From IMG/VR virus record IMGVR_UViG_3300033066_001156: 64,000 nucleotides of DNA; one strand, given 5' to 3'. The notes under the pieces were generated by a model. The model made no database searches. It saw only the letters and a list, made by a program, of their open reading frames with translations, and was not told where the DNA came from. Position numbers and translations under genes: made by a program. Below are positions 54,501-61,961 of this stretch, piece by piece. The DNA is from a virus. Every line of letters starts with the position of its first letter. Within the stretch, counting starts at the first letter, position 1.

Positions 54501-56070
54501 TTTGACGGAAAGAGCTCTTGAGCTTGGGTACCTGGATAGGGTTAAACTTCGGGAAGCTTCGGAGCAATTGAAGAATTCTCAGTCAATTCACCTTTTTTCA
54601 TTTGGCTCCGATCTTGAGAACTACCTAAATGAACTGGAGGGTAAGGAGACTTTGAAAGAGAGCCTCAACGTGGCTGAAGAACTAACAAGCCCTGGCATGG
54701 CCGCCCTTCAGATGATGTCTATGGGACCCTCAAAAGTATTACTTCGTCTTGCTGAAGAGGTAACATCTGAACGGAAAACCGAACAGTGGAGGGCTCAGGT
54801 AATAGATCATTTGATTTCAAGAGATGATTTCCAATCCTATCTGGAACTTTATGTTGCTCGTGCCCTAACCTATATGGTGGGGAAAAAGAATAACGAAACT
54901 CTTAAGCAAGAAATGGCTCAAGCTGCGGCAGAGTCGATTACTTTTAGCTTTGGTTGCACCCAAGCGGATTTGGGCTCTCCGGCACCAATTTCCCACATTC
55001 CGGATTCTGCCTTGCTGTACGAGGAAATGTACCGAAGGGTGCATCATGCGTATGAACGAAAGGTACAAAATAGAGCCGTTCTCCCACCTGGAGAGTCCTA
55101 CGCCAGGGTTATTGCTAGTGAGGAAAAGAGAATTTCCGAAGCTTTTGGTGTGGATGATGCCCTAAAACAGGTGGCAGCTATGAAAGAGGCCCTTAACCTC
55201 ACTCAGAAGAGGGTATGGGATAAGAAAGCTGCCATGGAACCTCAGGTTGCTACGAAAGTTGCCGTGCCCATGTTGGATCCAGTTAAAATTGCGGCGGGGA
55301 CTGCGAGTGTTGTCGGATCCATGGCAATCACTGATTCAACTGACGAAGTAAAAGGTACAAAGGAAACTCAGAGGATGAAATCAGATTCAAATGTGGCCGC
55401 GGCAAAGGTCGGCACAAAGGCTTCCCAGAAGCCACTGAAAGGAAAGGCAATGGAAGAGGAAGAAGAAGATCTGTTCGAGGATGACGTAGAAGAGGATAAA
55501 GGTCCCGATTTGGGTCAGATTCTCGTTAAGACACTCAAAGACGACGGGAAGACCATCGCTCTCAGAACGGGGGTTAAGCATACCCGGGAGCAGCTAACCG
55601 CGTTGGTGACAAACTTCATCAACAGCAAATCTATTCGTAGGTTTGAGGGTGAATCGGATGAGGCTTACACGGCACGGGCCGAAGCTCAACGAAGTGGCGT
55701 GTCAGCTTTCCTTCTCTCCGATGTTGGGCAGCAGCTTATCACCTATCTCCTTGGTCTTTCGTGGCCTGTGCTGGAAAGCAACATTGAGGATGGTAAGGTT
55801 AGGAAATACGGCGGGATGGTTGCAAGGGAGATCCGTGCGCAGAGTGGTTCTGACCTTCTCGATGGATTTCTGGAAGAGGTTGTCTTCCCCCTCCTAGCGG
55901 TGATTACCTCTGAAGCCAAAAACTTCGGGAAGATGGTTCTTGCTCCGGCAAAGCGGGTTCGCGTTTCAGGTCTCAATGAATCCCCTGCAGACGAGAAAGC
56001 TCGACTCATGGAGCGACTTGCGGAACTTGAGCGGGACGCTAACGTTGTGCCCATGGCTAAAAGCCGGTAG
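48589..56070 (+). CDS. Giant hypothetical protein (2493 aa), predominantly alpha-helical with internal repeats; possible virion/injected protein
   Basis: Uninterrupted 7.5-kb ORF; repeated blocks (SRSGPEIAQDLM x2; L.FC.GLR.E...+.L x2; CGEEGKTPNFRYLL / CGREGRAPDFRRLL); acidic C-terminal stretch EEEEEDLFEDDVEED. Confidence 0.8.
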   Translation: MTVSKDKLIDILTQGYYIFFRNSSGLARCLLPYKHTPETAEALVTRFMAGEKPGKEGIFSWLPLFLSTESGPLHPQSSSLLSGWTSRLGAVGGLYAIPAVSHDPSNEKFSGIGLGSPVLDLLASIQAAYGTLSGSTLETIFEGFVSQTDLQPALVARLFVSIGLASNGDVCSMARGWGGQKSLPGKEILAALEDPSYSIAIRAEGYLAERRLRKLTQPRWVMSPLGLRFCSGLREERAKEILVLLGLIGDSNLITKDRIQSLLSVTVSSIDELSILYALISETPVEDRAKAFGDYKISPDTFIGLRQPIGQDLDYARDISKSDTLVHLTASIHATLTEGVIGARHILEHSDFESKKRFEDVSEALYYLASRSGPEIAQDLMTTFEDYLLSNLQPMSRSGLEIAQDLMGSNNPKVIAVGRKIMDKLQIFDWDKFASDLTSPRWLGLTSGELNFCVGLRREDVLRALEFLKTQIEGGKIPSLIARKCCDILGSSEVISYLHEEGMVESGWQFFGNVSVRMTGRDTPIPRDQADKVSFMLPVPIEEDRAVAVGDTPTIKNFSASVAALIRRCRASSTIPDLRPLMRRGNMFSQRDAETCILDTIVSLHRKNKLTRDVLERIASSLQDMPRVHGFLDNYLRSSAKQSLSTKTKEVLTSTKWLLKFKAHGPGYQEIVWGGRLSPFQADQIFIRLNLSREKIPSSEIRAFIDAEIDNLPRSVLHSILFSLSYLGKLEDTTFLHVPSKKMVDAGISTIFQRYGGFLPLPERGDITLAQEIESKYGHKWAGMDVDFTASFLSLVTRGGIILRGEAYSPPYFGLEIASWFVRAAMQIEHGVESCLLALYEICKRTPKFSETLTFWSDQIATQKDEFNTTLGLVFKEIASGSFNPDTDVTQAQKDLWLSLQSDSEIASRGNQKGDTLGTSENRKEPVSIFEGEEKVDEKIAISPTWVNLSQLEAVLSVPVTALMREGFATANLAPETALSEARALLPLFAGKHGPVSNADLALWFSPPNDAKLIALLCMAREGYLHPDWISYLIREYPSSYDLACIQAILPTPKVLDLPALRSLFQENGLSFSHESFGVNLTVYLRMMQAGGKEPNLVSALRPGNTDEWQVKTFTVVMCEMIEQGGLDPALLNKPLFELESLASTETVQNAVRKIKSTIEKSAKTAQSDRPHPHVEAAEAFAEAGRVATKTRKAFLSTYGLFSVRDPNYDHCSTEVSITFADKTLAAAAVPGDLGTHDFFQAMAAYIRLCGEEGKTPNFRYLLANSSLSLRDKVKGFSRILSKSVDEKKIHADAVLRVREDIHNANLFQQEMLWLEEDLLTSSKTKAGAFGQRRSKLEQSLLGGVSYISKEGSKVTRLRALHTHTAVSILRNLSEAGHSTASSIRKALWQEVLNGAGADDIFRALLALVKTGSFTLDDLRDPWTGSLVRGLSPKLEQLLWCESDGDSTEAYVVAEGILDTYVGDRRVRVFDRLVDTLKFTSTFHSPSYFRDLLVEFEREGLFPGLVEKILDAIAREKYLSTEALRSYDFFTDFSHERREHLKKYVAELATREDKIRYSPRRLASLRHWLKGSHFWIKRDGAAEYALVPSELSDKQIDAILKSLPLLDEKFLPPSNHDGFKNFVLQLHELNLPVGQVQNLFVNLFAAGVCFPSDIPTAVSFTVDQALSSIGGWFTPYQNLKDLAVVLTDPYLSSNGFVATLASHLKMVGSAPSSLAHVIRVAFNTPDSVSGMTAGEKAKCIKTLVNRGVDANWYTNQTLLEAVSIAETQSPEINGWVEADSFMRGKKDDMVPMAESLSDPHKEKHEAKNYGGEKANKDLTEALTKSDWLLTDSGVFHLDGMSEGKAKEIAEALIDSTSMTSAGEDAIQALTEVSGGNQTVAKKIISSLLDWADSPSERVTQNAFQSTTIEKLPKPGPKEWDLCGVLGRYNPEIQGHVAAYILKCGREGRAPDFRRLLTSGTGTAISHGWVLVLTERALELGYLDRVKLREASEQLKNSQSIHLFSFGSDLENYLNELEGKETLKESLNVAEELTSPGMAALQMMSMGPSKVLLRLAEEVTSERKTEQWRAQVIDHLISRDDFQSYLELYVARALTYMVGKKNNETLKQEMAQAAAESITFSFGCTQADLGSPAPISHIPDSALLYEEMYRRVHHAYERKVQNRAVLPPGESYARVIASEEKRISEAFGVDDALKQVAAMKEALNLTQKRVWDKKAAMEPQVATKVAVPMLDPVKIAAGTASVVGSMAITDSTDEVKGTKETQRMKSDSNVAAAKVGTKASQKPLKGKAMEEEEEDLFEDDVEEDKGPDLGQILVKTLKDDGKTIALRTGVKHTREQLTALVTNFINSKSIRRFEGESDEAYTARAEAQRSGVSAFLLSDVGQQLITYLLGLSWPVLESNIEDGKVRKYGGMVAREIRAQSGSDLLDGFLEEVVFPLLAVITSEAKNFGKMVLAPAKRVRVSGLNESPADEKARLMERLAELERDANVVPMAKSR
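49694..49809 (+). repeat. Near-perfect 38-bp direct repeat (2 copies, 78-bp period) inside the giant ORF
   Basis: gcgtcccgaagtggcccggagatcgctcaagatttgatg at 49694-49731 versus atgtcccgaagtggcctggagatcgctcaagatttgatg at 49772-49809; in-frame duplication of SRSG(P/L)EIAQDLM. Confidence 0.8.
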
Positions 56071-56072
56071 CC

Positions 56073-56342
56073 ATGTACTACGCCGGTATGCTCCTTAATC
56101 AGAAGACGGGGAGATACCACCCGATTATCTTCTACCCTTCCCCAAAGCCATCGGAGGCGGATGATACGGTCGTCCGCCATCGGTCCAAGTGTCACCATAA
56201 TGATGGATTCCTGACGATTGAGGAAGCCCGTCAGTGGCCACCGAATCAATCCGAAGTAACTTGGACCAATGTCCAGTTCTCTTGGGATGGGGAAGTATCT
56301 CCCGCAATGTGTTTCTACTTCCCCCGACAAGACAGATCGTAA
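56073..56342 (+). CDS. Hypothetical small protein
   Basis: 89-aa ORF starting 2 nt after the giant ORF stop. Confidence 0.35.
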   Translation: MYYAGMLLNQKTGRYHPIIFYPSPKPSEADDTVVRHRSKCHHNDGFLTIEEARQWPPNQSEVTWTNVQFSWDGEVSPAMCFYFPRQDRS

Positions 56343-56351
56343 GTAACCCTC

Positions 56352-56861
56352 ATGCAAGACAAACTCATTGAGTCCCTGGAGAGGGTTCTTGTTGACAGAG
56401 ACAGATCCATTCAAGAGCTTAGGGGGGTTGTTGAATCTTTACAAGCCCTGCTGGAAAAATCAAAATCTGCTTGGTGCCTGCCCAGGATTGGACAGGACAA
56501 CCCGAATCTACCACTTCCTCGATTGGAGATGGAGTGGGTAGACGAGACTCAAAAACCATCACCCCCCTGGACCTGTTATATGGTTGAATACAGATTGGTT
56601 CAGGGTTGTTTATCTGGTAAAGTTCTCTTTTCCCCTTTGGGGGTAACCAGAGTCAAGGGTGGGGTGCACGAATGTCCGTGGGCCTTAGACAATGGCAGAG
56701 TGGATTTGCCTTTTGGGGACGGCCCGAGCGCTTGTTTTGACTCTGGCCATTTGAATCTCCCACTCTATCTTATCACCCCATCTAGCCCACCAATAGAAGT
56801 AAATGCTGAGGACTATGGGCCCTATCAGTATCGTAAGGGTCAACAGCAACGCAGAGGCTAA
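56352..56861 (+). CDS. Hypothetical protein
   Basis: 169-aa ORF. Confidence 0.4.
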   Translation: MQDKLIESLERVLVDRDRSIQELRGVVESLQALLEKSKSAWCLPRIGQDNPNLPLPRLEMEWVDETQKPSPPWTCYMVEYRLVQGCLSGKVLFSPLGVTRVKGGVHECPWALDNGRVDLPFGDGPSACFDSGHLNLPLYLITPSSPPIEVNAEDYGPYQYRKGQQQRRG

Positions 56862-56862
56862 A

Positions 56863-57738
56863 ATGGGATATAGGCACATTCCTACCACAAGTCACCGGGA
56901 TTCTCTTCCGATTTTTCATTTTGATAAAGTCTATTGTCTGGAGAAAATTGATGGGACTTCGGCGCACGTCTCGTGGTCAAATGGTTCCTTGACCTTCTCT
57001 CCCGGCGGGGCTTCCGCGGAAGCCCTTGAGAAGCTGTTTGATAAGGACAAGCTCACCGAATACTTCACTTCTTTGGGCCACCCCAAGGTCACCATTTATG
57101 GTGAAGCTTATGGTGGCAAGGTTCAGAAGATGGGATCTCGCTATGGGTCCGCACTCCGATTTGTTGCTTTTGACGTTAAAGTTGGGGAAGAGTGGCTAAA
57201 TGTCTCGGATGCTGCTATTTTCGTGGAGAAAGCGGGTCTTGAGTTTGTACCCTACAAAATCATCCCTATGACGCGAGAAGCCATTGATGCAGAGAGGGAT
57301 GCACCATCCGTTCAGGCTGAGAGGAATGGGATGGGGACCAATCAGGATAGGGAGGGTGTTGTCCTTCGCCCTCTCCTGGAGTTCTATTACCAGGGGGATG
57401 TGATCCGGGTCAAACACCGCCGTCCGGAGAATCGTGAGACATTTTCAGTTCAGCCTTTAGCCACAGAGGCTCAGGAAGTTCTCACGGGCGCTAAGGCTAT
57501 TGCCCAAGAATGGGTCACACCCGCTAGGTTGAATCACGTTATGGATCATCTGATCGCTACCCTGGGTCGTGAATTGGAGATGAGGGATACCCCCCAAGTC
57601 CTTGCCGCTATGCAAGAAGACGTGTACCGGGAAGCGGCCGGTGTCGTAATTGAATCTAAAGAAGCAACCCACGAGATCCGTACGAAAACACGTCTGCTAT
57701 TCCACACACATCTTCAATCAAAGGTACCATGCATCTAG
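56863..57738 (+). CDS. ATP-dependent RNA ligase (Rnl2-like nucleotidyltransferase)
   Basis: Motif I EKIDGTSAH (KxDG), TIYGEAYGGKVQ, EGVVLRPL (motif IV-like), VIRVKHRR (motif V-like K-x-K); start MGYRH with upstream GAGG. Confidence 0.65.
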   Translation: MGYRHIPTTSHRDSLPIFHFDKVYCLEKIDGTSAHVSWSNGSLTFSPGGASAEALEKLFDKDKLTEYFTSLGHPKVTIYGEAYGGKVQKMGSRYGSALRFVAFDVKVGEEWLNVSDAAIFVEKAGLEFVPYKIIPMTREAIDAERDAPSVQAERNGMGTNQDREGVVLRPLLEFYYQGDVIRVKHRRPENRETFSVQPLATEAQEVLTGAKAIAQEWVTPARLNHVMDHLIATLGRELEMRDTPQVLAAMQEDVYREAAGVVIESKEATHEIRTKTRLLFHTHLQSKVPCI

Positions 57739-58160
57739 CTACAAACTCTGGAAAAAAGAATCGGCTTCCTGGTGAAGCCCAGGAGGCTCGGAAAATTCGT
57801 CAGGCCAGAGCCGCTCGCCATAATCGCATTCTTGAAGCCGTCAAGAGGGTCGAGCAAGAAGGGGACCAATGGTTGCTTTTGGATGGTGTGAACATCAAAA
57901 TCACTTTGGATCCAAACGTTTACATCGGTAGCTATTGCTATATGGCAATTGTTCGAACCAAGAAATTCGGTCTTCAGATTGCGCAAGTGACGACTAAAGA
58001 CAGAGGGTATGCAACTTTGGTTCGCATGAAGAGGCACCGCATGATTGGCATTCGCGATGGGTTTGAGGTGTGCTACATCCGGCAAGTCGATACGGCCGGA
58101 GAAGACAGATGGGATCAGTGGTATGCCCTAGCAAAGAGAGATGTGGCTCAATCAGACTAG
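57729..58160 (+). CDS. Hypothetical protein
   Basis: 143-aa basic ORF. Confidence 0.4.
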   Translation: MHLATNSGKKNRLPGEAQEARKIRQARAARHNRILEAVKRVEQEGDQWLLLDGVNIKITLDPNVYIGSYCYMAIVRTKKFGLQIAQVTTKDRGYATLVRMKRHRMIGIRDGFEVCYIRQVDTAGEDRWDQWYALAKRDVAQSD

Positions 58161-59216
58161 GTTCCTACGCATCCATCCGTGAGCCACCCTCCCCACACTA
58201 TCCCCTGAGATCACCAACTCCATGTTTCGGACGGGAGTGCTCCGCACCGCTTGGTAGTGCTTTAACCTACCCTGGTCTAACGTTTTGATGACATCTTTGG
58301 TGTTGACCATCATAGACCATACATCCCTTGACCCATGGCCGGGGAGTTCCTGGGCAAGACCTTCTGCCTCTTCCAGGGTTGTCGCCATGAATATGTTTGC
58401 AGGGATGCTGTGGGCTCCCTGGTAGATGTGCCGATCCTTGATGGGTCTGGCGGTGTAGACTTTGATCCACTTACCTCGTTGCGTGGAACCTGGATTTTGA
58501 ATCTCGTGGATGAGGTTGAAGTAATCCTGTTGGGCTTCGTTGTCCTGAAAGAAGTCTGTATCTCCACCTTGCAATACATCCTCTACCTCGGTAATTTTAC
58601 CGGAGGACTCCACGAAAAGTGTGAATCCGGGACTGTAAGTATCCCTACCTAATTGAACTTGATACACCCCTGGTACGTCTGCTGGATCCTCCGCATCTTT
58701 ATTGAAATGTGGCTCGATAAGACATAGTTTGGTATGGAAGTTGGGGGCTCTGTTGGAAGCATCGCGAACCTGTTTGAGGACGGCGTTTGCTTGCACACGG
58801 ACTTTCTTCATCGATTCCTCGAAAAGATTGTCATATTCTGCCCTAACGTCTATAGGTTCACTCTCTTCCTGAACTTGTAAATAAGTGACGGCGTTCTCCA
58901 CGTCCTCTTCGAGCTTTCGCAGAATAGAGCTCTTATCCTCAGGTTCCTCTATTTTCCATTCTTTTAGGGCCAGCCTCATAGCCGCAAACATGAGGGATCT
59001 GTGCTCTATGATGTCGTCCAGGTTTTCTTTTTTGAGAGCCTGAATCAATGGATCTAGAACATCCCAGCCGGTTGTTTCTAAGTTCCTTGCCAACTCTTTC
59101 AAATTTGGGGCTTTGGAAAGGGCTCTTTCCCTTTTCGACCGAACATATTCGTACAGGTCTTCTACCCAATCCCGAAAATTGGTTTCATATTCTTTAAGCG
59201 ATAGTTCAATTCCCAT
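58152..59216 (-). CDS. Hypothetical protein
   Basis: 354-aa acidic helical ORF on the minus strand. Confidence 0.45.
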   Translation of the reverse strand: MGIELSLKEYETNFRDWVEDLYEYVRSKRERALSKAPNLKELARNLETTGWDVLDPLIQALKKENLDDIIEHRSLMFAAMRLALKEWKIEEPEDKSSILRKLEEDVENAVTYLQVQEESEPIDVRAEYDNLFEESMKKVRVQANAVLKQVRDASNRAPNFHTKLCLIEPHFNKDAEDPADVPGVYQVQLGRDTYSPGFTLFVESSGKITEVEDVLQGGDTDFFQDNEAQQDYFNLIHEIQNPGSTQRGKWIKVYTARPIKDRHIYQGAHSIPANIFMATTLEEAEGLAQELPGHGSRDVWSMMVNTKDVIKTLDQGRLKHYQAVRSTPVRNMELVISGDSVGRVAHGWMRRNLV

Positions 59217-59245
59217 ACTCGGTTTCCACTATCAAAACACTACGG

Positions 59246-59968
59246 ATGGCAGTAATCCCACAGATGAATGTTCTTGACCTTTTCGAGCCATCTACCCTCC
59301 CAGAGAATGACTTTTGGTCCACCCTTGAGTCCTATCGGGCGATAAAGGCTAGGATCCGTAGTCTTGAGTCCGAAGGGGAAGATAAGTTTCAAAAGGGAAA
59401 AATGGGCAAAAGGAAGAAGGATAAATCTCCCGAGGAGGTTGAGGCCCTTCGATCGTCTCTGCTGAATGAATACAATGCGATTTTGGATCCGCTTCGCGAG
59501 CAAGAAAAGTTGCTCAAGGCCAAATTAAACGAGTTAGCACTTACCACCCCTTTCCGAGAGCCTCGTGAAACGTGGTGTTTGTGGAAGGTTCATTCCACCT
59601 ACGATCATTTGACCGTTGGTTTCGGTGCGACTGCCTATGCACAGAGTTCTGCCGAACTTCGGGAGCAGGAAGCAAAAGCTTTGGGGCTAGAGACCAGAAT
59701 TGATCGGGAGTCTCAGAAAGCTCAATTTCGGACCTTCTACTCCGTCGCAGATGAATACGTGACCTTCAAGGTCATGGTTAAGGTTCACGGTGAAGATGAC
59801 ATTGCTCTCCTGGATCGCAAACCCGGAATGTCTCTCCGTGAGTGGATGAAAGCCTGTTGGTCTCGCGGAAAAAACCCTAGGGTCTATAACCCATACCTTC
59901 CTCCTGGTTTGGAAGAGAAACTGGGGATAGATTGTTTTGGTCGGGATCTTGTACCCGGTAACCCATGA
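59246..59968 (+). CDS. Hypothetical protein
   Basis: 240-aa ORF. Confidence 0.45.
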   Translation: MAVIPQMNVLDLFEPSTLPENDFWSTLESYRAIKARIRSLESEGEDKFQKGKMGKRKKDKSPEEVEALRSSLLNEYNAILDPLREQEKLLKAKLNELALTTPFREPRETWCLWKVHSTYDHLTVGFGATAYAQSSAELREQEAKALGLETRIDRESQKAQFRTFYSVADEYVTFKVMVKVHGEDDIALLDRKPGMSLREWMKACWSRGKNPRVYNPYLPPGLEEKLGIDCFGRDLVPGNP

Positions 59969-60148
59969 TATCCTATCGGATCTTACGGCCCATCCGGGGA
60001 GGGTGTGGGTGGGAGGCGGATCCACCCACCTTACCTTCTATTACATCTAGGAATTTTGAACATCCTGGTAGATCCGGGTACCTCCTGGGGGATTACGGAT
60101 TTAGGGCTCAACAACATGGATGGTTTCATTTGAACAAGGAATAACTGC

Positions 60149-60406
60149 ATGTACCAACGAATGAAAGGTGAGAGTTGGATAGCTCTCGATTATGAGCTCT
60201 TGAATACAACTTCTCACTGGAACCCTTCCGTTGACGATGAGGCCGTGGGGTTTAGAGTAACCCAGACGAATTGGTATGGTGTAAGGAAAAGAAATGGGTC
60301 AATCAACATTTCTGGACAGACTGTTGAACACCAGGGTTGTAAATGTTCCAAACCGTGGGTGGGTCATGTTCGCGAGTCTCCCCCAAGGTCAAGCGGCCTT
60401 GATTGA
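60149..60406 (+). CDS. FGE-C-terminal-like mini-protein, dispersed copy
   Basis: MKGESWIALDYELLNTTSHWNPSVDDEAVGFRVTQTNWYG, the same motif as the 42611..43722 array. Confidence 0.35.
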   Translation: MYQRMKGESWIALDYELLNTTSHWNPSVDDEAVGFRVTQTNWYGVRKRNGSINISGQTVEHQGCKCSKPWVGHVRESPPRSSGLD

Positions 60407-60528
60407 GGACGAGTGTGGAGTCCCTCTTCTACTTGTTCGAACGTGGGGACTTGAGGGTGGGGACCCTCAAGCCATTGCTACCGAAGTTGGGTTTGAGGTT
60501 CCAGTATCAGTAGACAAGGGGTCATGGG

Positions 60529-61296
60529 GTGGTTGTGAATACACAGAGTTCCGATTTGGACAGAACCCATCTAGCTAACCCCCTACTTCATTTGGGGCTG
60601 GCTGTAACCATTGCCAAAGAGCAGTGGGAGAAGTATCCCAATAGATACTGTACATACGAAGATTATGTACAGACCGCGTATGTGGGGCTTCTGGACGCCT
60701 GCAAGCGATATGACTCTTCGATTGGTACTTTCTCCTCTTTTGCCTATCCAACCATTCTTGGCCATATTAGGAGAATGAGAGCCTCACGACGTATTGTCCG
60801 GTTTGGTGGGGAGAGGGTGAACCTTGCAATAGCCCGAGGGCTGAAAAGTGGAGGGATGACCTACACTCCTGATTTCGCCGCGGAAAGAATGAGTAATATC
60901 CCCCATGCCCCTGAACTCAAATCCGAAGAAGAAGTGCACAGGGCTGTTGGTTTCGTTCGAGGCAAAGACATCTCTATAGATGATATTCACACTTCTGGCA
61001 ATCTCCTCCCCGAAGACATCCTGCCTGACGACACTTATCCCGAGAACATCCCCTACGATTCTATGGTAGGGAGAAATTGGACTCGTGTTCTGGAGATATA
61101 TCGGGAGAAAGTCGAACAGGAGGGTGGTCGATTGAAGCGGCTGGTCCTTGGGAAGCGCCTATTCGTTCTGGACCCAGAAGATCAATCAACCCTTGCCGAC
61201 ATTGGTCGGGAGGTTGGTGTTTCTCGTGAGCGAGTTCGTCAGGTAGAGGCCGTCATGCTACGTGAGATTCGTCAGCTCGTAAAGGAACTAAGATGA
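60529..61296 (+). CDS. RNA polymerase sigma factor (sigma-70 family)
   Basis: Region 2 YVQTAYVGLLDACKRYDSSIGTFSSFAYPTILGHIRR; region 4 HTH TLADIGREVGVSRERVRQVEAVMLREIR. Confidence 0.75.
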   Translation: MVVNTQSSDLDRTHLANPLLHLGLAVTIAKEQWEKYPNRYCTYEDYVQTAYVGLLDACKRYDSSIGTFSSFAYPTILGHIRRMRASRRIVRFGGERVNLAIARGLKSGGMTYTPDFAAERMSNIPHAPELKSEEEVHRAVGFVRGKDISIDDIHTSGNLLPEDILPDDTYPENIPYDSMVGRNWTRVLEIYREKVEQEGGRLKRLVLGKRLFVLDPEDQSTLADIGREVGVSRERVRQVEAVMLREIRQLVKELR

Positions 61297-61961
61297 AAAT
61301 CCGACCCAACCTGAAACCCCCCACCATCATGTCCAACCCACCTGACCTAGATGCTCCGCCGGAGTTCTATGACCCGGCACACACAAACCCCCCGGGGGTT
61401 CAAGATGGGCCTTTCATCAAACCCACGGAACCAGCCCGACCAAAGAGCTACATTCTCTCCAACCCTCCACCATTGGTGGAAACTTACGAGGCCCCAACAC
61501 CAAACAAAGAGATCGAGCGAAAATTCCTTCTCAAAGAGGGGGTTGTCTTTGCGGACAGGGTCGAACGGTCCTACAAGATCATTCAGGGATACCTGTCAAT
61601 GGGTCCCGTTGTGAGGGTTCGTGTCCAGGATGGTATTGGATACCTCACCATCAAGGGCAGTGGTCTCCTCACTCGCGCGGAGTACGAGTATCGCATCCCG
61701 ACCAACGAAGCCGAGGAACTCCTGGAGTTGTGTGTGGGATCCAGGATCGTCAAGACCCGACACATCGTTCTTGCAAAAGAGGGTAACTTGACAACTCGGT
61801 GGGAGGTGGACGAATTCCATAGCCCCATCAAACTCTGGATGGCCGAGGTTGAGCTACCTTCTGAGGATGCCCCCTTCGTCAAGCCTTCCTGGGTAGGGGA
61901 AGAGGTGACTCACGACATCAGGTACACCAACGCTGCGATATCCACGGTGCCCGCAAAATGA
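61293..61961 (+). CDS. CYTH-domain (triphosphate tunnel metalloenzyme) protein with Pro-rich N-terminal extension
   Basis: EIERKFLLKEG (ExExK signature) followed by beta-strand-rich region with conserved R/E/K positions (YEYRIP, RWEVDEF, EVEL). Confidence 0.6.
   Translation: MKIRPNLKPPTIMSNPPDLDAPPEFYDPAHTNPPGVQDGPFIKPTEPARPKSYILSNPPPLVETYEAPTPNKEIERKFLLKEGVVFADRVERSYKIIQGYLSMGPVVRVRVQDGIGYLTIKGSGLLTRAEYEYRIPTNEAEELLELCVGSRIVKTRHIVLAKEGNLTTRWEVDEFHSPIKLWMAEVELPSEDAPFVKPSWVGEEVTHDIRYTNAAISTVPAK

Noticed and set aside
59969-60148. GC-rich hairpin (gtgggtgg...ccacccac) after the 59246..59968 gene as an intrinsic terminator
   Set aside because: The stem is only about 7-8 bp and is not followed by a U-tract; kept out of the features list.
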